64,000 nt of DNA from the NCBI GenBank assembly GCA_015478645.1, contig JADMIL010000002.1, positions 74,523 to 138,522 on the forward strand, given 5' to 3'. Numbering within the stretch: the first letter of the stretch is position 1; every line of letters begins with the position of its first letter. Shown one piece after another: positions 49,103-57,668 of this stretch. Under the pieces are notes generated by a model. That model was not told the DNA's origin and did not search any database. It worked only from the letters and a program-made list of their open reading frames with translations. Position numbers and translations under genes: made by a program. This DNA is from Candidatus Binataceae bacterium (lineage in GTDB: Bacteria; Desulfobacterota; Binatia; Binatales; Binataceae).

Positions 49103-50245
49103 ATGCTATCGCTCGATCAGAATTACCTGCATCGGCTGATTGAAAGCTCCACCGACATCATTATCGCCGTCGATCGCGACGGCACGATTATTTATTACAA
49201 CGACGGCGCCCGCCGGAATCTGCACTTCTCGCAGGGCGAGATCATCGGGCAGAAGATCGACCGCATCTACCCCTCGATGGACGAGGCGCGGCGCGTGATG
49301 CGCGCGATGCGCGCGGCCGAGGGCGGACGCATCTCGAACTTCGAGACGGTGCTCCAGAACAAGGACAATCAGCAGATCCCGTGCGCTATCTCGGGATCGA
49401 TCATCTATGACGACCAGGGCACGGCGATCGGTTCGATCGGTTTCGCCCGCGATATCCGGCGCATGCGCCAGCGCGAGCAGCTCGCCACCTGCGGCGAAAT
49501 CGCGGTCAGCCTGGCCCACGAGATCAACAATCCGCTCGAGGCCATCACCAACAATCTTGACCTGCTTTCGCGCGACGTCGAAGCCCATATGAGCGAAGCC
49601 GAACTGGTGGTCGAGACCGAGCGGCTGGAGTCGATCCGCGCCGGCCTGGCCCGGGTTCAGGCCATCGTCCGGCGGCTCGACGAGATGAGCCGCAGGGGCG
49701 TCTATGAGACCCGCGACTATCTGCGCGGCAAGAAGATGGCCGACCTCGCGCCGCGCGCCGACGAATCCGCCGGGCCCGCGGTCGAACCGGTCAACGGCGC
49801 CCACGCGCGCGACGATTGGGCGCTCAGCGGGATGACCGTGCTGGTGCTCGACGACGACCTCTCCGTGGTCAGCTCGCTGGCCGACGTGCTGCGCGCCGAA
49901 CGCTGTGTCGTACACACCGCGACGCGCCCCAGCGCCGCGCTCGGGATTCTGCGCAATATGAAGATCGACGCCGTGATCTCGGACGTCGTGATGCCCGAGA
50001 TGGACGGCTACGATTTCTACCTGAAGGTCAAAGAGGAGATGCCGCAGTTGCCGGTGATCCTGATGACCGCCTTCAATTACGACAAGGATCACATCATCAA
50101 ACGCAGCCGTCTAATCGGGCTTGAGGCGGCGCTGTTCAAAAAGCCGGTCAATCCGGCCAAGCTGCGCCAGGTGCTGATGCAGGCGCGGACGCGGATGCAG
50201 GCGCAAAAAACGATCGTGGCGACGACCGCTGCCGCCCGCCGCTGA
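49103..50245 (+). CDS. PAS - HisKA (phosphoacceptor) - receiver protein lacking a HATPase domain
   Basis: PAS (STDIIIAVDRDG..IYYN); H-box LAHEINNPL; REC LVLDDD...ISDVVMPEMDG...MTA...KKP; no N/G1/F/G2 boxes. Confidence 0.85.
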   Translation: MLSLDQNYLHRLIESSTDIIIAVDRDGTIIYYNDGARRNLHFSQGEIIGQKIDRIYPSMDEARRVMRAMRAAEGGRISNFETVLQNKDNQQIPCAISGSIIYDDQGTAIGSIGFARDIRRMRQREQLATCGEIAVSLAHEINNPLEAITNNLDLLSRDVEAHMSEAELVVETERLESIRAGLARVQAIVRRLDEMSRRGVYETRDYLRGKKMADLAPRADESAGPAVEPVNGAHARDDWALSGMTVLVLDDDLSVVSSLADVLRAERCVVHTATRPSAALGILRNMKIDAVISDVVMPEMDGYDFYLKVKEEMPQLPVILMTAFNYDKDHIIKRSRLIGLEAALFKKPVNPAKLRQVLMQARTRMQAQKTIVATTAAARR

Positions 50246-50314
50246 GCGCGCCGAAACCTTCGTTCTCCAGGGAACTAAACATCCAGTCACAAATGCGCCT
50301 CCCCCTCCCCCGCG

Positions 50315-50431
50315 CTAGGGAACCTCTGCACCAGGCTCTGCGGTCACCCTGAGCGCAGCGCATGGGTCCCCGGATCCGGGATTCTTCGCTGCGCTCAGAA
50401 TGACAACCTAACTTGTGCAGAGGTTCCCTAG
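50315..50431 (-). mobile_element. MITE-like repeat, copy 3 (complete, CTAG on both sides)
   Basis: CTAG (50315-18) GGAACCTCTGCAC ... GTGCAGAGGTTCC CTAG (50428-31). Confidence 0.9.
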
Positions 50432-52051
50432 CGGCGCCCCCGGCGCATCGGCAGCAAAGCCGAACGTCACGGTGGTGCCGACGCCCTTGATGCTGGCAAC
50501 TTCAAGCGTGCCGCCGTTGAGCCTGACATAGCGATGGGCGAGGGCGAGGCCCAGGCCGGCCCCCTCGTAGCGCCGCGCAGGGCTCGACTGTTCCTGCGAG
50601 AAGGGCTCGAACAGGCGCGCCAGGTAGGACTCCTCGATGCCGACGCCAGTGTCACTGACGCTGAGTGTGAGGATGCCCGCCGGAGTGCGTGCGAGCCGCA
50701 CGGCGATCTGGCCGCGCTCGGTGAACTTGATCGCGTTGTGCAGCACGGCGGTAAACGCGTTCTCCAGGCTATGGCGGTCGAAGCGCACGGCGGCGGCGGG
50801 CTCGTCGATCGCGCATTCGAGGCCGAGTCCGGCGGCAATGGCCAGCGGGCGCAATGCGGCCGCGATCCGTCTGATCAAAGGGCCGAGCGCCAATTCCTCG
50901 GGACGCAATTCGAGCACGCCGGCCTCGATTCGCGAGTAGTCGAGGATGCCGTCGATGGTACCGATCAGGCGGCGGCCCGCGCGCTGAATGGCCTCGAGAT
51001 AGGCGGCCTGGCTGTCGTCGCCAACCTCGGCGAGATGCTCGCCAATCAGTTCGCTGTAACCGAGGATCACATTCAAGGGCGTGCGGATTTCATGGCTGGT
51101 ATTAGCCAGAAAGGCCGCCTTCATACGCGCCACTTCGTGCGCCGCCTGGCGCGCCTGGGCAAGTGCCTCCGCGGCGCGGGATTGATCGCGGTTATCGCGA
51201 AGCACCAGGGCGAGACCGGGGCGCCCGTCGATTTCGGCGGCCGACGCCGCGGCGATCGCGGCGATCGTCCGGCCGTCGACCGCGCGCAATTGCAGCGGTC
51301 GTCCGCGGACGCAGGCGCCCGCGCGGACCTCGCCGATCAGCGCTTCCAGCGTGGCGGGTTCCTCCGCCAGGCCGATCGCGGCCGGGGTGCGCCCGATGAC
51401 CGTCGCGCGGTCGGCCCCGAGCAGTTGTTCGAAGGCGTGGTTCACTTCGGCGACGCGCAGATCCTCGAGACTCACCAGCACGATCGCGTCGAGGCTGGCC
51501 TCCATCACCGCGCACACGATCGGCCGCTTTTGCGGCGGCGCGCCGTCGGCGGCCGCCTGGTCGATCGCTGCGCCGAGCAGATCGGCCACCGCCTGAAGCT
51601 GATTGCTTTCGGCCTGATCAAAACGTCGCCGCTGCGCACTGTATACCGCGAGCAGGCCATACGGATGCGGCGCGCCTGGAATCAGCACGGACAGCGCCGA
51701 CCGCACATGATGATCGAGCAGCAGGCGCGGCCGGCTGATCCACGTCTGGGCCAGTAGATCATCGATAATAATCGGCCAGCTCATCCGGCGGACGCATTGA
51801 TCGAACGACTCGAAGGACAATTTCAGTTCGTAATTTCCCACCAGGCCCGCGCGCCAGCCGACGCCAGCCGCCATCCGCAGTCGCCGGGCACCGGCGTGGC
51901 CGACGAAGACCGCGCTGAAATCCGCCGCCAGCATCGCGGCCGCCAAACCAGCGGCGCGCGCGGTCGCCGGCGCTGGATGCTCGGCGCGCGCGGTCGTTGC
52001 GCAGTCGGGGTTGCGCAACGCCGATTCCGGCACATTGTCTGCCGATATCAT
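50408..52051 (-). CDS. GAF-PAS sensor histidine kinase (no receiver)
   Basis: FLANTSHEIRTPL, NAIKFT, DTGVGI, FEPFSQ, GAGLGL; AGGAGG precedes ATG 52051; the last codons and stop lie in MITE copy 3. Confidence 0.92.
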   Translation of the reverse strand: MISADNVPESALRNPDCATTARAEHPAPATARAAGLAAAMLAADFSAVFVGHAGARRLRMAAGVGWRAGLVGNYELKLSFESFDQCVRRMSWPIIIDDLLAQTWISRPRLLLDHHVRSALSVLIPGAPHPYGLLAVYSAQRRRFDQAESNQLQAVADLLGAAIDQAAADGAPPQKRPIVCAVMEASLDAIVLVSLEDLRVAEVNHAFEQLLGADRATVIGRTPAAIGLAEEPATLEALIGEVRAGACVRGRPLQLRAVDGRTIAAIAAASAAEIDGRPGLALVLRDNRDQSRAAEALAQARQAAHEVARMKAAFLANTSHEIRTPLNVILGYSELIGEHLAEVGDDSQAAYLEAIQRAGRRLIGTIDGILDYSRIEAGVLELRPEELALGPLIRRIAAALRPLAIAAGLGLECAIDEPAAAVRFDRHSLENAFTAVLHNAIKFTERGQIAVRLARTPAGILTLSVSDTGVGIEESYLARLFEPFSQEQSSPARRYEGAGLGLALAHRYVRLNGGTLEVASIKGVGTTVTFGFAADAPGAPLGNLCTS

Positions 52052-52360
52052 GGGGCCTCCTAGTGAGGCTGGCATACACTTCAGACCCCGGGACTCTCGC
52101 CGGGCGCGGTGGCGCCTCGATCAAATCGGGCCAAGCGATCTCGTAGAACTAACGCAAGACACTCGGAAACATCGATTCAGATTATGGCGCTTGTGCTACG
52201 GCGAACCCGGTTGACTTTCGCCAACTTGATCACTCACTACTCCTGAAAGTGGCGTAAGACTGATCGTGTAGCAATAGAAAATAACACAGCCGGTCATAGT
52301 CCAGTGACAGCTAGTTAGCACGCCGGAACGCGGCGGGCGGTTCGAGGTGGTCGGCGACCC

Positions 52361-52388
52361 TTGACGATTGTCGCAACCGGATGATAAT
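52361..52388 (+). promoter_or_regulatory. putative sigma70 promoter of the Fur-family gene
   Basis: TTGACG (52361-66), 16-nt spacer, GATAAT (52383-88). Confidence 0.55.
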
Positions 52389-52398
52389 AATTATCATC
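52380..52398. promoter_or_regulatory. Fur-type box (perfect 9-1-9 palindrome)
   Basis: GATGATAAT-A-ATTATCATC contains the canonical TGATAAT-N-ATTATCA core and ends 4 nt before the ATG. Confidence 0.85.
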
Positions 52399-52402
52399 TA
52401 CG

Positions 52403-52957
52403 ATGGAAGTGCAGATCGTCAGCGATCGCCGCCGGGCCGGCTATGCGCGCCGCCGGATGGCCGATTTCACCGCGCGATGCCGCGCCGGCGGACTCGCCGT
52501 GACGCCCCAGCGCCTGGCAATTATCGCCGCCCTGCTCGGCGCCACCGACCATCCGCGGGCTGAGAAGATTTTTGCCCTGGTGCGCAAGCGTCACGCGCAT
52601 ATTTCGCTTGCGACCGTCCATCGCACGCTCGAGACGCTGTGCCGGATCGGCGAGGCGCGCAAGGTCACGATGCTCCATGACAGCGCACGCTACGACGGCA
52701 ATCTCGACCCGCATCATCACGTGGTCTGTGTGCACTGCCGGCGCGTGCGCGACGTCGATGTGCGCGACGCGGAGACGTCGGGACTCGAGCGGCTGATCGG
52801 CGACCATCCGGCACTGGCCGGCTTTCGTCCGCTCGGCTGGTCGCTGGAGATCCAGGCGCTGTGCGATAGCTGCGCGGACAAAAAAGCCGCCGCGCAAAAT
52901 CCATCGGGGCGGCGTGCGGCCGCCACGCGGCGCGGTGAGCCGCGCCGTGCGCTTTAA
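52403..52957 (+). CDS. perR: Fur-family regulator, PerR-like
   Basis: TPQRLAI, HPRAE, SLATVHRTL, RYD...HHHVVCVHC, C-terminal CDSC; rubrerythrin lies directly downstream. Confidence 0.8.
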   Translation: MEVQIVSDRRRAGYARRRMADFTARCRAGGLAVTPQRLAIIAALLGATDHPRAEKIFALVRKRHAHISLATVHRTLETLCRIGEARKVTMLHDSARYDGNLDPHHHVVCVHCRRVRDVDVRDAETSGLERLIGDHPALAGFRPLGWSLEIQALCDSCADKKAAAQNPSGRRAAATRRGEPRRAL

Positions 52958-52995
52958 TTCATCAACCAAATAACCGCCGGGAGAAAAGGAAAATA

Positions 52996-53412
52996 ATGAA
53001 AAGCCTCAAAGACACCAAGACTCATCAGCATCTGAAGGACGCGTTTGCCGGTGAAAGCCAGGCCAATCGCCGCTATCTCTATTTCGCCAAGGTCGCCGAC
53101 GTCGAAGGCCAGCCCGAAATCGCCGGCCTGTTCCGCGACACCGCCGAGGGCGAGACCGGCCACGCGCACGGCCATCTGGACTACCTGAAGTCGGTCGGCG
53201 ATCCGGCCACCGATATGCCGATCGGCGACTCGATGCTCAACCTCAAGTCGGCGGTGCATGGCGAGACCCACGAGTACACCGATATGTATCCTGGGATGGC
53301 CAAAACGGCGCGCGACGAGGGCTTTCCCGAGATCGCGGACTGGTTCGAGACGCTGGCCAAGGCCGAGAAGTCGCACGCCGGACGTTTCGCCAAAGCGTCC
53401 ACCACGCTCTAG
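52996..53412 (+). CDS. rbr: short rubrerythrin (no rubredoxin domain)
   Basis: [38 protein letters not shown] (ExxH diiron motifs). Confidence 0.93.
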   Translation: MKSLKDTKTHQHLKDAFAGESQANRRYLYFAKVADVEGQPEIAGLFRDTAEGETGHAHGHLDYLKSVGDPATDMPIGDSMLNLKSAVHGETHEYTDMYPGMAKTARDEGFPEIADWFETLAKAEKSHAGRFAKASTTL

Positions 53413-53552
53413 GGCGCCGCTTACGGCGCGCGCGATCCGGCCCTGCGCTAACGCATCGCCGGAAGCGCGCGGCACGTAGGGGCCACGGTGCGGGAGCCCG
53501 AGCGAAGCCCGCATCGGAACGAAGCGTGAACCCTAAGAAAGATCGATAACGT

Positions 53553-53582
53553 GCTGGCCCGCACCCGCGGGTGCGGGCCAGC
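53553..53582. repeat. perfect 30-bp GC-rich palindrome
   Basis: GCTGGCCCGCACCCG|CGGGTGCGGGCCAGC. Confidence 0.9.
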
Positions 53583-53627
53583 GTCGCGTCACGATAGTTC
53601 GCGCGCGTGCGACGCCCGCTCGCGCGC

Positions 53628-53806
53628 GGCGGAAACAGAGTAACTGGACCGGGCCGCGGGGCTTGCGTCGCGAGCCGGAAACGGACGCGGCAGCGGTCCG
53701 CCTCAGCGCACCGTGCGGTGTGACGGTCGATCCTATCGCGGCGTGATCGAAACGCGAGCCTAATGCGGACGGCGCGCCAGACTTGAGCGGTCCAGTTCTT
53801 TCCGCC
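53628..53806. ncRNA. candidate structured RNA of unknown class (179 nt)
   Basis: Ends pair at long range (GGCGGAAA/TTTCCGCC and AACTGGACCG/CGGTCCAGTT); internal hairpins include CCG-GAAA-CGG. Confidence 0.4.
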
Positions 53807-53867
53807 GGACGATCCGGACTTTCAACCCGACAACCCGACGATCCACGACGCACATCCAAGAGACTCA

Positions 53868-55268
53868 ATGGACCGAATCGAAGCGCGACCGACTGACGCT
53901 CTCTCGTACAATCCCAACGAGCCGGCCTACTGGGATGCCGCCAAGCTTGAAATCGAAGTCGAGCGGGTCTTCGACATCTGCCACGGATGCCGGCTGTGCT
54001 TTAACCTCTGCCCGTCGTTTCCGGAGTTGTTCAAGGCGGTCGACGCGCGCGGCGACGACGTGCGCAATCTCACCGCGGGCGAGAAGCAGCGGGTCCTCGA
54101 CCTCTGCTACGAATGCAAGCTGTGCGAGGTCAAATGCCCCTATACGCCGCGCGACAAGCATGAATTCCAGCTCGACTTTCCGGCCCTGGTGCTGCGCTCG
54201 CGCGCGGTCGCCGCGCGGGCCGGCGGGCTCAAGCTGCGCGAGAAGATGCTCGGCGATCCCGACCGCACGGGCCGGCTGGGTAGCAAGGTGCCGGCGCTCG
54301 CCAACTGGTCGTGCCGCAACGCGCTCCAGCGCCGGGTGATGGAACGGCTGCTCGGCATCCATCGCGACAAGCAGTTGCCCGAGTTTGCCGGCGAGACCTT
54401 TGAGAAATGGATTGCGCGGGTCGGCCTGCCGCCCGAGCCCGCCGCGCCGGCCGCCCGGGTGGCGATTTTCCATACCTGCTTCGTCAACTACTACAATCCG
54501 GCGCCGGGTCAGGCGCTGGTCAAGGTGCTCGAGCAAAACCAGTGCGCGATCGCGAGTCCCGCGCAGAACTGCTGCGGGATGCCGGCGCTCGACGGCGGCG
54601 ACGTCGCCTTTGCGCAAAAGCAGGCGCGCGCCAACGTCGCCACGCTGATCCCGCTGGTGCGCGAGGGCTACAAGGTCGCCGCGATCAATCCGACCTGCTC
54701 GCTCACCATGCGCCGCGAATATCCGACGCTGCTCGGCACGCCCGAGGCGCGCGAACTGGCGGCGGCGGTGGTCGATCCGGGCGAACTGCTCGACACGATC
54801 CGCCGCGCGGGCCGCTTCAACCTGGATTTTCGCTCCGCGCCGGACACCGTTGCCTACCACGTGCCGTGTCATCTCAAGGCCCAGGCGATCGGCCTGCGCT
54901 CGCGCGATCTGATGCGCCGTATCCCGGGCGTCACGGTCACCACGGTCGACGCCTGCACCGCCCATGACGGCACCTGGGCGATGAAGAAGGAATACTTCGA
55001 GCTCTCGATGAAATGGGGCGAGAAGGCCTTTGACGGGATGCGCGCGGCGGGGGCCGATCTGATGACCACCGACTGCCCGCTCGCCGCGATCCAGATCCAT
55101 CAGGCGACCGGCACCATGCCGCTCAATCCGATCGAAGTGATCGCGCGCGCCTACCAGCCCGACGGCTTCGCGCGGCGTATCGAACCGGCGCCGGCCGCAC
55201 CGGCCGAAGCGGCGGCCGGGCCTGGCCCGGCCCCGTCGGGTGCTCCGGCAGAGGAAGAAAAATCGTGA
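53868..55268 (+). CDS. Fe-S oxidoreductase (GlpC/heterodisulfide reductase-like, CCG domains)
   Basis: CHGCRLCFNLCP, CYECKLCEVKCP, CCG motif QNCCGMP, YHVPCH, TDCPLA. Confidence 0.9.
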   Translation: MDRIEARPTDALSYNPNEPAYWDAAKLEIEVERVFDICHGCRLCFNLCPSFPELFKAVDARGDDVRNLTAGEKQRVLDLCYECKLCEVKCPYTPRDKHEFQLDFPALVLRSRAVAARAGGLKLREKMLGDPDRTGRLGSKVPALANWSCRNALQRRVMERLLGIHRDKQLPEFAGETFEKWIARVGLPPEPAAPAARVAIFHTCFVNYYNPAPGQALVKVLEQNQCAIASPAQNCCGMPALDGGDVAFAQKQARANVATLIPLVREGYKVAAINPTCSLTMRREYPTLLGTPEARELAAAVVDPGELLDTIRRAGRFNLDFRSAPDTVAYHVPCHLKAQAIGLRSRDLMRRIPGVTVTTVDACTAHDGTWAMKKEYFELSMKWGEKAFDGMRAAGADLMTTDCPLAAIQIHQATGTMPLNPIEVIARAYQPDGFARRIEPAPAAPAEAAAGPGPAPSGAPAEEEKS

Positions 55269-55852
55269 AACCGGTAATGCTCAAAGAGATTTTAGGCTAC
55301 GAGCAATACGAAATCCTGCGGCCGCGACTGCGCCCGCTGTTTATCGCCGAGAAGGAGCGCCGCCGGCTCGCCGTGGGCGCCCATCTCTCGCTGCTGTTCG
55401 AGAACGGCGCGACCGTCTGGTACCAGGTCGAAGAGATGATCCGCACCGAGCGGATCGCCGCCGAAGACGCGATTCGCCACGAGATCGATACCTACAACGA
55501 ATTGCTTCCGCGGCCCGGCGAGCTGACCGCCACGATGCTCATTGAGTACCCCGACGCCGCCGAGCGCGACGTGGCGCTGCGCGCGTTGCTCGGCCTCGAG
55601 CGGCATCTGTGGATCCGGATCGGCGAGCGGCGCGAGCCGGCCCGCTTCGACGCGCGGCAGATCGCAAGCGACCGGGTCAGCTCGGTGCAGTTCGTGCGGT
55701 TCCCGCTGGGTGGACTGGACGTCGCCGAATTCCTGGAATTCGCCGCCGCGGGCAAGATCGCGATCGAAGCCGACCATCCCCAGCTCATCGAGCGCGCGCC
55801 GATTAGCGGTGCGATCGCCGAGGCGCTGGCCCGCGACCTCGCCACCGACTGA
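55265..55852 (+). CDS. DUF3501-like protein
   Basis: LLFEN..TVWYQVEEMIRTE, EIDTYNELLP, ATMLIEY, SSVQFVRF; overlaps the oxidoreductase stop. Confidence 0.8.
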   Translation: MKPVMLKEILGYEQYEILRPRLRPLFIAEKERRRLAVGAHLSLLFENGATVWYQVEEMIRTERIAAEDAIRHEIDTYNELLPRPGELTATMLIEYPDAAERDVALRALLGLERHLWIRIGERREPARFDARQIASDRVSSVQFVRFPLGGLDVAEFLEFAAAGKIAIEADHPQLIERAPISGAIAEALARDLATD

Positions 55853-55986
55853 AGCGTCCGCCCGGCCGCGTCGCCCAGCACCGTGTTGTTGGAGAGGGCG
55901 CAGTTCACCGCCTCGATTAAGTTCCGCCGCGCTTCGCCGGCAATCACATTTGGGCGCGCGACGCGCCATAATAGGCCGCGGTATCG

Positions 55987-57165
55987 ATGATGCGGACGCA
56001 AGTTGGAATCGTTGGAGCCGGGCCGGCCGGGATGATGCTCGCGCATCTGCTCGGGCGTGAAGGCGTCGAGTCGGTGGTGGTCGAAGCGCGCAGCCGCGAG
56101 TACGTCCAGGAGCGGGTGCGCGCGGGGGTGCTCGAGCAGGGCACCTGCGACCTGCTGGAGGCGAGCGGTGTCGGCGCGCGGATGCGGCGCGAGGGTCTCG
56201 TCCATCGCGGGATCGAATTGCGCTTCGCCGGCGCGCGCCATCGGATCGATCTGAGCGGCCTGACCGGCGGCGGCACGATCACCATCTATCCGCAGGGCGA
56301 AGTGGTGAAGGATCTGACCGACGCGCATCTGGCGGCCGGCGGCCAAATTTATTTCTCCGCCGATGAAGTCAGCGTGCATGATTTCGACCGTGCCTCGCCG
56401 CTGATCCGTTTTCGCGCCGCCGGCACGCCGCACGAACTGCGCTGCGACTTTATCGCCGGATGCGACGGCTTCCACGGGGTCTGCCGGGCCTCGCTTCCAG
56501 TCGGCGCGCTCACCCTCTACGAGCGCATCTATCCGTTTGGCTGGCTGGGGATTCTGGCCGCCGTCGCCCCTTCGTCCGACGAACTGATTTACGCCCATCA
56601 CGCGCGCGGCTTTGCCTTGCACAGCATGCGATCGCCGGTGCTGACCCGGCTGTATCTGCAATGCGCACCCGAGGAGCCGCTCGACGCGTGGTCCGACGCG
56701 CGGATCTGGGACGAACTCGAGACGCGTCTCGCGAGTGGCGACGGCGGGAGCCTCAAGCGCGGGCCGATCGTGCAGAAAGGCGTCACCGGGATGCGCAGCT
56801 TCGTCGCCGAGCCGATGCGCCATGGGCGGCTCCTGCTGGCCGGCGACGCCGCCCATATCGTGCCGCCGACGGGCGCCAAGGGCCTCAATCTCGCGGTCGC
56901 CGACGTGCGCGTGATGGCCCGCGCGATCGCGGCGTTCGCTCGCAATGGCGACAGCGAATTAATCGATCGGTACTCCGCGACCTGTCTGCGGCGGGTCTGG
57001 CAGGTGCAGCGCTTTGCGTGGTGGATGACCGCGATGCTCCATCGGTTCGAGGACGCGAGTCCGTTCGACTATCGCCGGCAAATGGCGGAACTCGAGTACG
57101 TCGCCAGTTCGCGCGCGGCGGCGCAGAGTCTGGCCGAGAATTATGTCGGCCTGCCGTTTGAGTAG
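55987..57165 (+). CDS. pobA: 4-hydroxybenzoate 3-monooxygenase
   Basis: TQVGIVGAGPAG, RVRAGVLEQG, IAGCDGFHG, AGDAAHIVPPTGAKGLNLA, AENYVG. Confidence 0.93.
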   Translation: MMRTQVGIVGAGPAGMMLAHLLGREGVESVVVEARSREYVQERVRAGVLEQGTCDLLEASGVGARMRREGLVHRGIELRFAGARHRIDLSGLTGGGTITIYPQGEVVKDLTDAHLAAGGQIYFSADEVSVHDFDRASPLIRFRAAGTPHELRCDFIAGCDGFHGVCRASLPVGALTLYERIYPFGWLGILAAVAPSSDELIYAHHARGFALHSMRSPVLTRLYLQCAPEEPLDAWSDARIWDELETRLASGDGGSLKRGPIVQKGVTGMRSFVAEPMRHGRLLLAGDAAHIVPPTGAKGLNLAVADVRVMARAIAAFARNGDSELIDRYSATCLRRVWQVQRFAWWMTAMLHRFEDASPFDYRRQMAELEYVASSRAAAQSLAENYVGLPFE

Positions 57166-57484
57166 CGGTCACTTGAATTAATTGCGGATTACTTGCGCAT
57201 TGCCGTGGAAGTAATGGGTGAGATTGCCGCGCGAGGATCGTTCGGTGGGCATAATCTCACAGAGTGTCCAGATTCGGTGCGACAAAAAATTGTCACATGT
57301 CAAATTCGATGCGCAGTGAGTTCGCTCCATGAGAACTCCGGCGACCGTCGCTGGAACGGCGCCGTTACGCACCAGCTCTCGCGATTTCGGCCCTCTTTGA
57401 GCTATAGCTCCGTTAGCCTGTCCCATAACGTTATCTCCCGATCCCGCATCAGGTTTGGCGGGAACCTTGCTTCTAAGCAAATTC

Positions 57485-57513
57485 TTGACAGCGGCAGCCG
57501 TGCGATCCAACCT
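57485..57513 (+). promoter_or_regulatory. possible sigma70 promoter upstream of the leader ORF / NusG paralogue
   Basis: TTGACA, 17 nt, CAACCT (weak -10 that keeps the A2 and T6 positions). Confidence 0.3.
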
Positions 57514-57668
57514 CGATCAACCGGCGGTCGCCAATTCGTCAGGAAAAACCGCAGCGTCGGCCTGGATTCCGTGAACGGACGCCGGTTGATGAGCTGTGAC
57601 GAGTACGGGCTCAAACGCTTTGCTCCGGCAAGGCGGTGCCCGTCCTTGAGGAGCGAAGGGGATTGGCC

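Noticed and set aside
22861-50431. CRISPR array or autonomous IS
   Set aside because: The repeats are dispersed, ~108 bp and palindromic with no spacers; no cas or transposase ORF is present.
53628-53830. RNase P, SRP, hammerhead, c-di-GMP or cobalamin riboswitch identity for the structured region
   Set aside because: Only fragments match (GAAAGTCCGG on the minus strand, GAAA tetraloops). The required cores are missing: GAGGAAAGUCC with ACAGAA..CGGCUUA; CAGG..GGAA..AGCAG; CUGANGA; GGGAA..GCCACUG.
55987-57165. pobA as part of the rubrerythrin system
   Set aside because: It follows a 134-bp gap, has a well-known independent catabolic role, and no functional link is visible.
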